Part shown: piece after piece, positions 22,232 to 22,697 of the stretch
How positions within the stretch are numbered: position 1 is the first letter of the stretch
Layout: each line of letters starts with the position of its first letter
NCBI RefSeq assembly: GCF_006345805.1
Contig: NW_021836748.1
Location: forward strand, 1 to 22,697
Source: Octopus sinensis
Lineage: Eukaryota
Reading direction: 5' to 3'
Length of the DNA stretch: 22,697 nt
Notes under the pieces: model-generated
Database searches by the model: none
Seen by the model: only the letters and a program-made list of their open reading frames with translations
What the model was told of the DNA's origin: nothing
Program-made: the position numbers and the translations under genes

Positions 22232-22368
22232 AATGTACACTATTATTCTCTGAATAATATATAGTATATTGACTAATTTTTTCTCGTTAGTCCATTGGTA
22301 ACTAAGAATTTTTCGATAAATATTCGTGTTACCCTAAGTTTTTAATTATATATATATATATATATATA

Positions 22369-22697
22369 CTAGCAGTATCACCCGGTGTTGCTTGGGTTTG
22401 TTTCGACCCTTTAGAATTGGAACTTGTTATACTCTTCAAGTGAACATTTTTCCAGTTGAAATACACCGAAAAATGGTGACACAGCAGTCAAAAATCGTAA
22501 AAAATAGGGATTTTCATAGAAAAAAAAAGCACCTTTTTGACGTAAATAATTTTTGGTGTTAACCTGGTCTGATTTGAATTTTATCTTCTACAGAATGAAG
22601 AGCAAGCCATCTTCTATCATATTCTCCAATTTTGGTCAAGTTGCGCTGCAGGGTCTCGAAGGAGAGAGTGTTAGTTGAAGGCTACCAAATCTGCCAC
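22369..22697 (-). mobile_element. 3' part of a Helitron-like element; runs off the window
   Basis: Minus strand ends acaaacccaagcaacaccgggtgatactgCTAG|T, matching the 3' end of 2020-2417 at 31 of 34 nt. Confidence 0.75.

Overview
AT-rich, microsatellite-dense eukaryotic DNA. The repeat landscape looks like an octopus or other coleoid cephalopod (inference from recalled SINE and LINE families; no database check). No intact cellular gene is recognisable, and most tracked ORFs are microsatellite artefacts. The main feature is a near full-length but decayed L1/Tx1-clade non-LTR retrotransposon (~8293-14275, +). It has an ORF1 with a CCHC knuckle and an ORF2 with APE endonuclease, RT and a C-terminal zinc finger. 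It is flanked on both sides by same-strand (TATC)n arrays and has no poly(A) tail, which suggests targeting of GATA/TATC microsatellites. Also present are four fragments of RLE-type (R4/Dong-like) LINEs stacked in pairs through (TAA)n-type tails, five tRNA-derived SINE copies or fragments, two non-autonomous Helitron-like elements sharing a 34-nt 3' end, and a possible HINE-like element. Smaller features are two degenerate hammerhead-like repeats, a ~250-bp foldback next to a (TA)n tract, and a candidate 9-nt microexon at 277-285. All alignments and identities were made by eye.
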